Source: Patescibacteria group bacterium
GTDB lineage: Bacteria > Patescibacteriota > Patescibacteriia > UBA2591 > JABMQE01
Length of the DNA stretch: 64,000 bases
Reading direction: 5' to 3'
Assembly: GCA_018896645.1 (NCBI GenBank)
Contig: JAHIMF010000041.1
Location: 1,980-65,979, forward strand
In this document: positions 20,932 to 29,946 of the stretch, in pieces
Position numbering within the stretch: the first letter of the stretch is position 1
How the letters are laid out: every line of letters begins with the position of its first letter
Position numbers and translations under genes: made by a program
The notes under the pieces: generated by a model
Databases searched by the model: none
The model's input: only the letters and a program-made list of their open reading frames with translations
Told to the model about the DNA's origin: nothing

Positions 20932-22347
20932 ATGAAAATATTATTAATAAATGAACCCTTGCGCGACAGTATCGCTGATAATGACCAAGTTAACCTAGCC
21001 GAAGAAAGCCACATGATTCCTCCTTTGGGTTTGCTTTATATTGCTTCAGTTATTAAAAAAAAATCAACTCATAATGTTAGGCTTTTTGATTGCCAAGTTG
21101 ATAAGTTATCATATGATGGTATTCGAGAAGCAGTAAAGAAAATTAAACCCGATGTCGTGGGCATGAATACGCTCACCTTTACCCTTATTGAGGTTTTGGA
21201 AGTGGCGCGACTGGTGAAAGAAGTTGATCCTAAAATAAAAGTTATTTTAGGCGGGGTTCATGTAAACATTTACCCCGAAGAAACCATTTCATTTCCTGAA
21301 GTGGATTTTTTAATACTTGGCGAGGGAGAGAATGTTATTGTTGAACTGTTAGATGCGATTAGCGATGAGGACAAGCTACGGCAAGTGACTGGCGTTGTTT
21401 TTAAGAATTCTCAAGGTGAAATTATAAATACTGGAAAGCGCCCGCTTATAACTAATCTGGATGAAATACCCTTTCCAGCGCGCGAGTTAACGGCTTATCA
21501 GAAATATACAGGCTTGCTCTCAAGCGAGTCGCCAATTACCAGTATGTTAACCTCCCGCGGTTGTCCATATAATTGTTTATTTTGTCACCGTCCCCATTTT
21601 GGCAGAATTTTTAGGGCTAGGAGCGCTGGCAATGTAGTAAAAGAGATGATACTTTGTAGGGATATGGGTATTAAAGAAATTATTATTTATGATGATACAT
21701 TTACGATTGATAGACAGCGTGTGGTTGATATTTGTAAGCAGTTAATAGATAATAAGGTGAAGATTAAATGGGACGTGCGAGCTCGCGTAGATACAGTTGA
21801 TAAAGAATTACTTAATTTAATGAAAGAAGCTGGCTGTGTGCGGATTCACTATGGTGTGGAAGCAGGGACTCAAAAAATATTAGATGTTTTGCGTAAAGGA
21901 ATAACACTTGATATGGCTTATGATGTTTTTAAAATGACAAAGCGGGCCGGTATCGGAACTTTGGGTTATTTTATGATTGGCTCACCTCGGGAAACCAGGG
22001 AAGATATTATGGCTACGATAAAATTTGCTACTAGTTTGAAGGCGGATTATATTTTTGCTGGCATCACTACTTTATTTCCAGCAACTGATTTATATCAGAT
22101 GGCGCTTAAGGAAGGTGTGATTAAAACAGATGTATGGAAAGAGTTTGCGCGTAGCCCACAAGAGAATTTTGTTCCGCCAATCTGGGATAAAGAGCTTTCG
22201 CAAGAAGAACTTGGCGAATTGATTAAAATGTTTTATAGAAAATTTTATAAACGGCCTAGCTATATTATTAAGAACCTATTAAGCATCCGGTCTCTCGAGG
22301 AGTTTAGGCGAAAATTTTCAGCCGGGTTTAATATTTTAAGAATTTGA
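20932..22347 (+). CDS. Cobalamin-binding radical SAM protein (paralog 4)
   Basis: PPLGLLYIA, GGVH, GEGE, SRGCPYNCLFC. Confidence 0.92.
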   Translation: MKILLINEPLRDSIADNDQVNLAEESHMIPPLGLLYIASVIKKKSTHNVRLFDCQVDKLSYDGIREAVKKIKPDVVGMNTLTFTLIEVLEVARLVKEVDPKIKVILGGVHVNIYPEETISFPEVDFLILGEGENVIVELLDAISDEDKLRQVTGVVFKNSQGEIINTGKRPLITNLDEIPFPARELTAYQKYTGLLSSESPITSMLTSRGCPYNCLFCHRPHFGRIFRARSAGNVVKEMILCRDMGIKEIIIYDDTFTIDRQRVVDICKQLIDNKVKIKWDVRARVDTVDKELLNLMKEAGCVRIHYGVEAGTQKILDVLRKGITLDMAYDVFKMTKRAGIGTLGYFMIGSPRETREDIMATIKFATSLKADYIFAGITTLFPATDLYQMALKEGVIKTDVWKEFARSPQENFVPPIWDKELSQEELGELIKMFYRKFYKRPSYIIKNLLSIRSLEEFRRKFSAGFNILRI

Positions 22348-22351
22348 TGAT

Positions 22352-23764
22352 ATGTCTACACTACTCGTAAATCCTCCCTACAGCGAAAAGATATACCAAT
22401 CTAAGAAAGCGCCTTCGGTTCAGCCGCCGATTGGCTTGGCCTACTTGGCGGCTTTTTTAGAACAGGAAGGCGAGAAGGTAGGAATTTTGGATGCCAATGC
22501 CGAACAGTTGAGTGTTGAAGAAACCGCCAGGCGTATTTGTGATTCTGGCGCTAAATTTATTGGATTTGGCGCGGTGACTCCGATTATTCCTATTGTTTAT
22601 AGAATTGCCGGGTTGGTGAGAAAGGATTCTGATGCAGTAATTTTTGTTGGCGGTCCCCATGTCACTTTTATGGACGATGTCACCCTAAATGACTGCCAGG
22701 CAATTGATTATATTGTTCGTGGTGAAGGTGAGCTTGTGATAAACAATTTAATAAGGACGGTTAAAGTTAATGGTGATATTTCTAGAGTTCGGGGGATTAC
22801 TTACAGAAAGGGTGATAGTATTGTAAAGAATGAGCCGGAAAAACTTATTACTGATATTAATACACTCCCGTTTCCGGCCCGGCATTTACTGCCATTGGAT
22901 TTATATCGGCCATCGCCGTTATTTGATCGTGGTTATAAAGGCAAGAGCTATGCCCGGATTATGACGACCCGGGGTTGTCCGACTCGCTGTATCTTTTGTG
23001 TTTCTCCTCATTTCTGGGGTCGAGTTCGGATACGCAGCGCCGAGAATGTTTTTGCTGAAATAAAACATTTGTATGATATTTATGATGTTAGACACATAGA
23101 TTTCTTGGATGACACTTTAACTTTGGCGCCATCACGGATGGAGAAAATCTGCGACCTAATGATTGAACATAGTTATAAGATTAATTGGACTTGCTATTCC
23201 CGTGTTGATACTCTTAGCGAGGCGCTGGTCAAAAAAATGAAAATGGCTGGGTGCTCTGTTATTCAGCTCGGGGTAGAAAGCGGGAATCAGAAAATTATTA
23301 AAAGAATCAAAAAAAATATCCGTCTTGAGGATGTGGAGCGGGTGGCGCGGATTGTTAGAAAAAATAATATTAAACTGATGGCAGACTTTATGATTGGCCT
23401 GCCCGGCGAGACCGAGGAAACAGTGATCCAAACGATTGACTTTGCTAAAAAAATAAAGCCCAACATTGCGGCTTTTTGTATTACTACACCCCTGCCAGGT
23501 ACTGAATTATACTGGGAGCTTCGTCGTGAAGGCAAGATTAAACCAGGTTATATCTGGGGCAATATGGGTTTGCACTATGGTTCAAACTATAGCACTGAAT
23601 ATTTATCAAGCGGTCGGTTAAGTGAATTATATCACTTAGCTCATAAGAAATTTTATTTGCGTTTTAAGTTTTTTGGACAGTCGTTTGTCTGGCTTTTAAA
23701 AAACCCGTATGATATAAAGAATTATTTTTACTTGGCAAAAGATTTGCTTTTAAAGAGGGTTTAG
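22352..23764 (+). CDS. Cobalamin-binding radical SAM protein (paralog 5)
   Basis: PPIGLAYLA, GGPH, RGEGE, TRGCPTRCIFC, GVESG. Confidence 0.92.
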   Translation: MSTLLVNPPYSEKIYQSKKAPSVQPPIGLAYLAAFLEQEGEKVGILDANAEQLSVEETARRICDSGAKFIGFGAVTPIIPIVYRIAGLVRKDSDAVIFVGGPHVTFMDDVTLNDCQAIDYIVRGEGELVINNLIRTVKVNGDISRVRGITYRKGDSIVKNEPEKLITDINTLPFPARHLLPLDLYRPSPLFDRGYKGKSYARIMTTRGCPTRCIFCVSPHFWGRVRIRSAENVFAEIKHLYDIYDVRHIDFLDDTLTLAPSRMEKICDLMIEHSYKINWTCYSRVDTLSEALVKKMKMAGCSVIQLGVESGNQKIIKRIKKNIRLEDVERVARIVRKNNIKLMADFMIGLPGETEETVIQTIDFAKKIKPNIAAFCITTPLPGTELYWELRREGKIKPGYIWGNMGLHYGSNYSTEYLSSGRLSELYHLAHKKFYLRFKFFGQSFVWLLKNPYDIKNYFYLAKDLLLKRV

Positions 23765-24411
23765 TTTTTTTTAAATCCCATTACAGTAATTGGCGATAAA
23801 AAACCAAAGAGAAAAATATTATTCTTTTTTACTAATGAAAAATTATTTTTCGAGAGAATATTAACTATTTCCTTTGATGCAGTAAAAGTCGTCAGAGCGC
23901 CTTTGGTATGCAGGCGCTCTTTTATTTTCTTGAAAAAAGTATAGAGATTATTTTTATTTTTAATCTCAACAAGCAACAGGTGATTTGTCACTCGAGCCAG
24001 TTCAGTCAAAGCTTTCAGAAGAGCATTTTGGGGCAATAAATGCAAAGTGTTAAGGCAGACACAGAGATCAAACTGATTATCAGAGAATGGAAGCTGGGTG
24101 AGGTCAGCCTTTAGAAATGAGACATTGGGTTGCCCTTTCGTTTCTTTTTTGGCAATGGTTATCATATCTTCGGCAAAATCAATGCCAATAATTTTGCTTT
24201 CAGAGAATTTTTGTGCCAGTTTTGTTGTTAAATCCCCCCGGCCGGAACCCGCGTCTAAGATCGTCTGTGGTTTGGATCCAATCATCAGGAGTAGTTTTCT
24301 GCGCGCCCATTTTTGAGCTTTAAAGGCAAGGGATTTTGGGGAATCATAGTATCCTTTTTCTTCTTGGGCCGCTTTATTGAAAAATTTTTTTACATCATTT
24401 TCTTGATTCAT
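23761..24411 (-). CDS. Class I SAM-dependent methyltransferase
   Basis: ILDAGSGRG, GIDFA, LPFSDNQFD. Confidence 0.88.
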   Translation of the reverse strand: MNQENDVKKFFNKAAQEEKGYYDSPKSLAFKAQKWARRKLLLMIGSKPQTILDAGSGRGDLTTKLAQKFSESKIIGIDFAEDMITIAKKETKGQPNVSFLKADLTQLPFSDNQFDLCVCLNTLHLLPQNALLKALTELARVTNHLLLVEIKNKNNLYTFFKKIKERLHTKGALTTFTASKEIVNILSKNNFSLVKKNNIFLFGFLSPITVMGFKKN

Positions 24412-25366
24412 CTTTGTGTCTGAAAAGCTTAAGCATTTTTTTTATTATAAAATAAAATTTATCATAAACCAGCCAATGAATAATTTTTTTGCTTACCAGC
24501 CAATTGAAAATTTGATAGTTGTACATGTCGGCGGCCAGACCATGGCTTGGTTTTTTAAAAGAGTGAATTTTTAGTTCGCCAATTATGTTATTTGGTTTAA
24601 TCGGGCCGATACCTAATGATTCGCCAATTTTAAGGTGGCTGATTTCTTGGGGAAAAAAACCCATCATTTGGGTAGCAACACTATCAGTGGTGACGGGGTT
24701 AAATCCGGCGATAAGAGTGTCTAGTTTAACACATGTACCCAGAACTGGGCCAGTGCCTTCCATAGCTTGGGTGGCGTCAATTAGGGAGAGATGGGGACTG
24801 ATAGCTTTGGCGAGCTGGGCGATGGATTTATGCAAGCCTTTGAGATGAATTTTATGGATTGAAGTTTCGCTAGCCAAGCCCATCAAATTTTTCATTGACA
24901 AAGAAGCCAGGGTTGCAGTGTGGGTTTTCATCACCGGCAGGGAGATTATGTAGTCAGCTTCGAATACTACTTTATAGATTTCTAAAAATTTAAGGGGGCT
25001 GGCTGGGATTTCCACTCGCCTTGTTAATTGAGTATTCAGATTGACCACCTTAATTTTATCGTTTTCCAGTTTTCTAAAACCGCTGCGTTCAATCGCCTTT
25101 TTGGTCATTATTTTTGAAGAAGTGCCTTCGGCGATAATAATATTTTTGCCTAAAGCAAGAAGCGCGGTAGTCAACTCTCGGGCGACTTCAAAACTGGTGA
25201 TAGCGCACGATGTGTAGTCGTCCACGGCCGCAGCGCGGAGATTGACTTTGATAAGAATATTTTTTTTATCTTTTAAAATTTCAGGTAAATTAAGAGCGTC
25301 AAAGACTGATTTGACGGCTCCTGGTTGTTTGGCGATAACGACAGTTGAATTCTGGTATTGACTCAT
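24395..25366 (-). CDS. DUF362 domain protein
   Basis: ILIKVN, IAEG, SLPVMKTH, SLSMKNLMG, AMEGTGP, D..A...MG. Confidence 0.85.
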   Translation of the reverse strand: MSQYQNSTVVIAKQPGAVKSVFDALNLPEILKDKKNILIKVNLRAAAVDDYTSCAITSFEVARELTTALLALGKNIIIAEGTSSKIMTKKAIERSGFRKLENDKIKVVNLNTQLTRRVEIPASPLKFLEIYKVVFEADYIISLPVMKTHTATLASLSMKNLMGLASETSIHKIHLKGLHKSIAQLAKAISPHLSLIDATQAMEGTGPVLGTCVKLDTLIAGFNPVTTDSVATQMMGFFPQEISHLKIGESLGIGPIKPNNIIGELKIHSFKKPSHGLAADMYNYQIFNWLVSKKIIHWLVYDKFYFIIKKMLKLFRHKDESRK

Positions 25367-25436
25367 AGACTATTTAAAAATATAAAAATACAAGATTACA
25401 AGAATATAAAAATAACGAGAATTTATTCCTGTATTT

Positions 25437-26513
25437 TTATCTAGCGAGTCGTTTTCTAATTATGGGTCCTAGATGTTGAGCTAGGGAGATTGGTATAAAA
25501 TATTTCCAGATAAATGAGATAAATTTGAAACCGAGGTTGTGAGTTGTTAGATTTTGTTTCGAAGGTTTTGCCTGCCCGCCGTAGCCTTGGCGAAGGCGGG
25601 AGTTTTCTGGATATAAATAGAAAATATAATTATTTTGAATTTTTGCGCCCCATTTTTCTTTATACCTTTTTTGATTTTCGTAACGAACTGGTCCAAAATC
25701 AAAGCTTGTGTAGCCGTGTTCACAGCCCCACTTGATAAATTCCCAATGAGCCAAATCGTTAGGGCGGCAGTTCCAGAATTTTTTTAAAGAAGGATTTTTG
25801 GTAATGTGGATATTTTTTCCGCAAGTAAAACCCATTAGTGCGGCCACTACCAGCCCGTCTTTAGTGACTAGATATAATTTTAAGTCATTACTAAAACATT
25901 TTAGTTTGTTTAAAAAGTAATCAAGAGAATGCGGCGGCGTACCAAATCGTTTCATTGATTTGAGGTACAGAGGGTAAAAATGATTTTTGATCGCTTCGGG
26001 TGAATTGTTTTGAGAACACTTTAGGTTTGCGGACTCTGATTTCTTGATTGCTTTGCGGACGCTATAGTCAAATTTTTTGAAAAGCGAGTCGGGGTCTTTA
26101 TCTAAGATAAGAACAGCCCTGGAGTCATTTGGTTGCTTTTGGAAATGTTTCTGTAAAGAAGAGGATTGGATGTTTAATCCAGAGATAATTTTTAAATAAT
26201 TAATATTTTTTTCTTGCAAAAAGTTTTTTAATGCCTGGACGATTTCAGCTGGACTGACGATTGGATTTATTATAATTAAATCTCCATAGTCGGCAAAGGG
26301 CATGGAGATTAATTTTTTGTTTTTGCGAACGGCTGGAAGCAAGGCGATGATTTGTCCTTGATTTTTGATGAGGAGATAATTTGGCTTGTAATAGTAAGTT
26401 TCTTTTAGAACATTTTTGAAATTTGTGGTTTCACTAAAACGACAGAAGGGAGATTGTTGAATCAATTTGTCCCATATTTTTTCAGTATCGTTGGATAAGA
26501 GTTTGATTTCCAT
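25437..26513 (-). CDS. FemAB-like GNAT-fold acyl/aminoacyl transferase
   Basis: LISMPFADYG, FYPLY..SMKRFGTP, FDFG, YKEKWGA; carries an inserted RLRQGYGGQA peptide. Confidence 0.8.
   Translation of the reverse strand: MEIKLLSNDTEKIWDKLIQQSPFCRFSETTNFKNVLKETYYYKPNYLLIKNQGQIIALLPAVRKNKKLISMPFADYGDLIIINPIVSPAEIVQALKNFLQEKNINYLKIISGLNIQSSSLQKHFQKQPNDSRAVLILDKDPDSLFKKFDYSVRKAIKKSESANLKCSQNNSPEAIKNHFYPLYLKSMKRFGTPPHSLDYFLNKLKCFSNDLKLYLVTKDGLVVAALMGFTCGKNIHITKNPSLKKFWNCRPNDLAHWEFIKWGCEHGYTSFDFGPVRYENQKRYKEKWGAKIQNNYIFYLYPENSRLRQGYGGQAKPSKQNLTTHNLGFKFISFIWKYFIPISLAQHLGPIIRKRLAR
25570..25600. repeat. GC-rich palindromic element inside a CDS
   Basis: GCCTGCCCGCCGTAGCCTTGGCGAAGGCGGG; CCCGCC/GGCGGG stem; same GCCTGCCCGCC head occurs intergenically at 48904. 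Confidence 0.75.
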
Positions 26514-26518
26514 AAGGT

Positions 26519-27373
26519 CTATTTTAACTCTCTTCTGATAGCAGCAATTTGGTCAACCATAATCCCAAAGAAGAATATTAAGATGGTTGAAACGAAAAGA
26601 AGTATTGTTGAGTCGGAAATATTACGGCTTAAGATATCGTTTACAAGAAGAAAAATTGTTAGCAGAAAGAGGACAAAAGTAAGGGGCAGGAAGATTCGCA
26701 GGGGCGAGAATAAAGTGATTAGTCTGACGATGAGCATAAAAGTGTTTACAGCATCAGCTGGCTTGACACTGCTTTTCCCTTGGCGTTTGTTTATGGTAAT
26801 TGGAACGTATTTAACGTTTAGGCCGGTCTTAAAGAAGGTGAGAGTAATAGTTGTTGTTAAAGAGAAGCCATCGGGAAAGAGGTGGGCAAAACGCAAAAAA
26901 TGTTTTCTTTTTATTAATCTAAAGCCAGAGTTTAAGTCTGGTATTTTGTGTCCCGAAAGATAGTTTGCCGCCAGGTGCAAAATTTTTTTCCCCGGCTGTC
27001 TAAGCCACGGCCCTTGGTAGCCTTGCCGGGCGCCAATTATCATATCATACTCGTTTGTGTGTTTTAATAATTCAGAGATGTATTTTGGATTGTGCTGGCC
27101 GTCAGCATCATAAAACATAACCCAATCGTATTTGGCATTTTTTACGCCGGTTTTTAAGGAAGCGCCATAACCTTTATTATAGGGGTGGTTGATTGGTTTA
27201 ATGCAGCTGATTTTTTTTAAGAGCTCTTTTGTTTGGTCGTTTGACCCGTCGTTAACAACAATAATTTCGTGTTCAATATTAAAATCAGCCAGCTGACATT
27301 TGAGTTGGTTTAGAACTTCGTTTATTGATTTTTCTTCGTTATAAGCCGGGACAATTATTGATAGCTGTTTCAT
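26519..27373 (-). CDS. Glycosyltransferase family 2 (DPM1-like, two C-terminal TM helices)
   Basis: IIVPAYNEE, VNDGS.D, NKGYGA, DADGQH, DLNSGFR. Confidence 0.92.
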   Translation of the reverse strand: MKQLSIIVPAYNEEKSINEVLNQLKCQLADFNIEHEIIVVNDGSNDQTKELLKKISCIKPINHPYNKGYGASLKTGVKNAKYDWVMFYDADGQHNPKYISELLKHTNEYDMIIGARQGYQGPWLRQPGKKILHLAANYLSGHKIPDLNSGFRLIKRKHFLRFAHLFPDGFSLTTTITLTFFKTGLNVKYVPITINKRQGKSSVKPADAVNTFMLIVRLITLFSPLRIFLPLTFVLFLLTIFLLVNDILSRNISDSTILLFVSTILIFFFGIMVDQIAAIRRELK

Positions 27374-28239
27374 GGTGATGTTTTCTCTTGGCTTAGATAT
27401 TGGCCCAAAGATATAAAATTAAATTTATCTAATAATTTTTCAAATTTTTTAAACGCATTTTTTTTGTTCCAATAGAGCAATTTTTTTTTGTGCCAGGGCG
27501 CCGAAACATTTGGAATATGAGGGTCAAGCTCATGTTGGTGAATATAGATAACCGGAATAGTTTTTTTAGCGATGGATTTCAGTAAGAGTGAAAAGAAAAA
27601 GAGCGGGAACAAACGAAAATAGATGCCGCCAGCAACCGGGATATTTAAGCCAGCTATGTTTTTAGCGGCAATAGGAAATTCAAGAATTGAAGATTCACTA
27701 TCAGATTTTTTGACATCATTAAAACTAATTTTGTATGGTTGGCAAGAGATCATGGCGTTTTTTTTCATAACCTGAAATGCGGGGAATATGCTTGAATCAC
27801 AAATGTAGTGATATTTTTGAAGGATTGGCAGGAGCCATTTAGTGCTATTGTTCAAAGAACATCGCGGGGCGCGGAATATTTTAGGGGATGTGCCGGTTAT
27901 GGCCGTTAATACAGCCGTGGATTTTTTTATTTCTTGTTCGCAGGAATCTGGGTTCATGTCCCACAGGGCGAGATGAGAATATCCGTGATTTGCGATTTCA
28001 TGACCCGATATTATTATTTTTTTTATCAGTCCCGGGTATTTTTCCGCTAACTGCCCCAATACAAAAAAGGTGGCAGTACATTTTTTTTGCTGTAATAGTT
28101 TGAGAAGTTTTTCAGTTGCCGGGACAACCGTATCAGACAAATTATTTTTGTTTTTGGGGAGATAGTTTTTTAAAAATTCTGAATTATGCCAGAATTCCAA
28201 ATCAATCGTAAGGATAATTTTTGGTTTTTTTGGGTTCAT
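27370..28239 (-). CDS. Polysaccharide deacetylase (DUF3473/XrtA-system-like)
   Basis: TIDLE.W, ATFFVLG, HEIANHGYSH, FRAP, P.AGGIYFRL.P, YIHQHELDP. Confidence 0.88.
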   Translation of the reverse strand: MNPKKPKIILTIDLEFWHNSEFLKNYLPKNKNNLSDTVVPATEKLLKLLQQKKCTATFFVLGQLAEKYPGLIKKIIISGHEIANHGYSHLALWDMNPDSCEQEIKKSTAVLTAITGTSPKIFRAPRCSLNNSTKWLLPILQKYHYICDSSIFPAFQVMKKNAMISCQPYKISFNDVKKSDSESSILEFPIAAKNIAGLNIPVAGGIYFRLFPLFFFSLLLKSIAKKTIPVIYIHQHELDPHIPNVSAPWHKKKLLYWNKKNAFKKFEKLLDKFNFISLGQYLSQEKTSP

Positions 28240-28300
28240 TATTTTTAAAGAAAAGTTTTTTTTAATTCTTGTCTCGCGGTATATTAGAGTAGCGTTGGAC

Positions 28301-29701
28301 CTATTGTCCCCTAAATTTTAAAACAATATTTATAGTTTTTAAAATAATGCTTAAATCCAGAAACAAAGAATAGTTTTTAATGTAATATAAATCATATTGA
28401 AGTTTTTCCAAAGTTTCTTTTTTGGAGCCGCCGTAAGCTGGACCTTCAATTTGAGCCCAACCGGTGAGACCCGGCTTAACCAGTAATCGTTGGCGATAAA
28501 ACGGTATTTCTTTCTCTAATTCTTGGACAAATTCCGGTCTTTCCGGTCTTGGCCCCACAAAGCTCATCTCGCCGCGGATTATATTAATAAGCTGAGGAAT
28601 TTCATCAAGGCGGCTTTTGCGCAGGAATTTTCCAACAGGGGTGACGCGCGGATCATCTTTTTGGGCCCATTTGGGGCCGTGTTTTTCGGCATTAATGTAC
28701 ATAGAGCGGAATTTCATGGCGAGAAAGGCTTTTCTGTTTTTGCCGGTTCTTTTTTGTTTGAATATAATCGGGCCCTTGCTGCCTATTTTAATGGCTATTG
28801 CAATAAGAGGAGCGATTATGATTGAGGGGACAAGGACAACGCATCCCAGAGTAAAGTCGAAAATTTTTTTAAAGAATTCATAGTAAACTTTTTTATGGGT
28901 GGTGATATTTTCTAAAAGCCATATTTGGTTTATGGTCGTAAGGGGAATTTTTCCGATAACGACTTCATAAAAAGTTGGCAAGTCAACAAAAGCCACTTTA
29001 AGGGGGATACAGTCTAAAAGGGTTTTTTGTAAGTCATCGGCTTTATGAATATCCGAAGTGATAATAAGCTGCTCAATTTTTTCTTGTTCAATAATGCTTT
29101 TTAGGCTTGACAGGTTATTAATAATTTTTATTGATTGCGGCAGATTAATTTCATTTGATTCACAATTATCTTTATCAATAAATGCAACTAACTTGTAGCC
29201 CAACTGCGGATGGCTAATAATTTGTTCAGCAAGATTCAAAGATTCCTTATTGATGCCGATTATGGCGACATTGCTTAGCAGGCGGCTTGATTTTAAGGTT
29301 TTATTAAATAAATTACGCCAAAGATAAATCAAACCAAAAGAAATGATAATATTTAGAAATAAATTGGTTTTTGGAGTAATAAGCAGCTGGGGGATAAAGT
29401 AAAAAATCAGAACAGTTAAACCAGCGCTAAAAAGGTAAGCCCTAATCAAAGTTTGATAAAAGTTTGATTTATTAACCGCGGTTTTAAGTTCGTAAAGATT
29501 ATGGATGTAAAAGATAATAATCCAAAAAAGATACACAAAGATAAAAGGCAAAAAGTGCAGCTGCCAAATCTCTGAATTAAAATCAAAATTAAACTCGTTG
29601 CGGTACCTTATAAGCAAAGTTAAAATCAAAGAAATTTCCAGGATTAGAAAATCACCAATAAGGAGAACAAGTTTTTTAATCAGGGTTGTAGAATTATTCA
29701 T
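28301..29701 (-). CDS. Polyprenyl-phosphate glycosylphosphotransferase (priming sugar transferase)
   Basis: Four N-terminal TMs, KFRSM, DPRVT.VGKFLRKSRLDEIPQ, GEMSFVGPRPERP, DLYYIKN. Confidence 0.95.
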   Translation of the reverse strand: MNNSTTLIKKLVLLIGDFLILEISLILTLLIRYRNEFNFDFNSEIWQLHFLPFIFVYLFWIIIFYIHNLYELKTAVNKSNFYQTLIRAYLFSAGLTVLIFYFIPQLLITPKTNLFLNIIISFGLIYLWRNLFNKTLKSSRLLSNVAIIGINKESLNLAEQIISHPQLGYKLVAFIDKDNCESNEINLPQSIKIINNLSSLKSIIEQEKIEQLIITSDIHKADDLQKTLLDCIPLKVAFVDLPTFYEVVIGKIPLTTINQIWLLENITTHKKVYYEFFKKIFDFTLGCVVLVPSIIIAPLIAIAIKIGSKGPIIFKQKRTGKNRKAFLAMKFRSMYINAEKHGPKWAQKDDPRVTPVGKFLRKSRLDEIPQLINIIRGEMSFVGPRPERPEFVQELEKEIPFYRQRLLVKPGLTGWAQIEGPAYGGSKKETLEKLQYDLYYIKNYSLFLDLSIILKTINIVLKFRGQ

Positions 29702-29707
29702 AAGCCC

Positions 29708-29736
29708 ATTATAGCTAATTTTTACAGGTTTGTCAA
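29708..29736 (-). promoter_or_regulatory. Consensus sigma70 promoter, probably giving a leaderless mRNA
   Basis: TTGACA (29736-29731), 17 nt, TATAAT (29713-29708), then 6 nt to the ATG at 29701. Confidence 0.75.
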
Positions 29737-29783
29737 TTTTGTTTTCCTTGTATAATTTTGTGGGGGATGATATAATTAGAATG

Positions 29784-29945
29784 CATTAAAGCATTAAAAA
29801 TATAAAAATAAAATAATATAAAAATAAATGAAGAGGTGATTTTATATTATTTTATTATTTTATTTTTATATTCTTGTATTTTTATAATCGTTCTCGTGCT
29901 TTAATGTTTTAGTATTTTTATATTTTTAAGTTTTTATATTTTTAT
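29784..29945. repeat. AT-rich ~8-nt-period imperfect inverted array
   Basis: GCATTAAA GCATTAAA AATATAAA AATA... mirrored by TATTTTTA TATTCTTG TATTTTTA...TGCTTTAATG. Confidence 0.6.
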
Positions 29946-29946
29946 T

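Noticed and set aside
2168-23764. RiPP or antibiotic biosynthetic cluster built on the B12 radical SAM genes
   Set aside because: No precursor peptide, RRE, NRPS/PKS or exporter is visible; the neighbours are glycan assembly genes
398-28883. Numerous 60-126 aa ORFs antisense to or overlapping long genes
   Set aside because: Shadow frames of well-supported genes with no independent evidence
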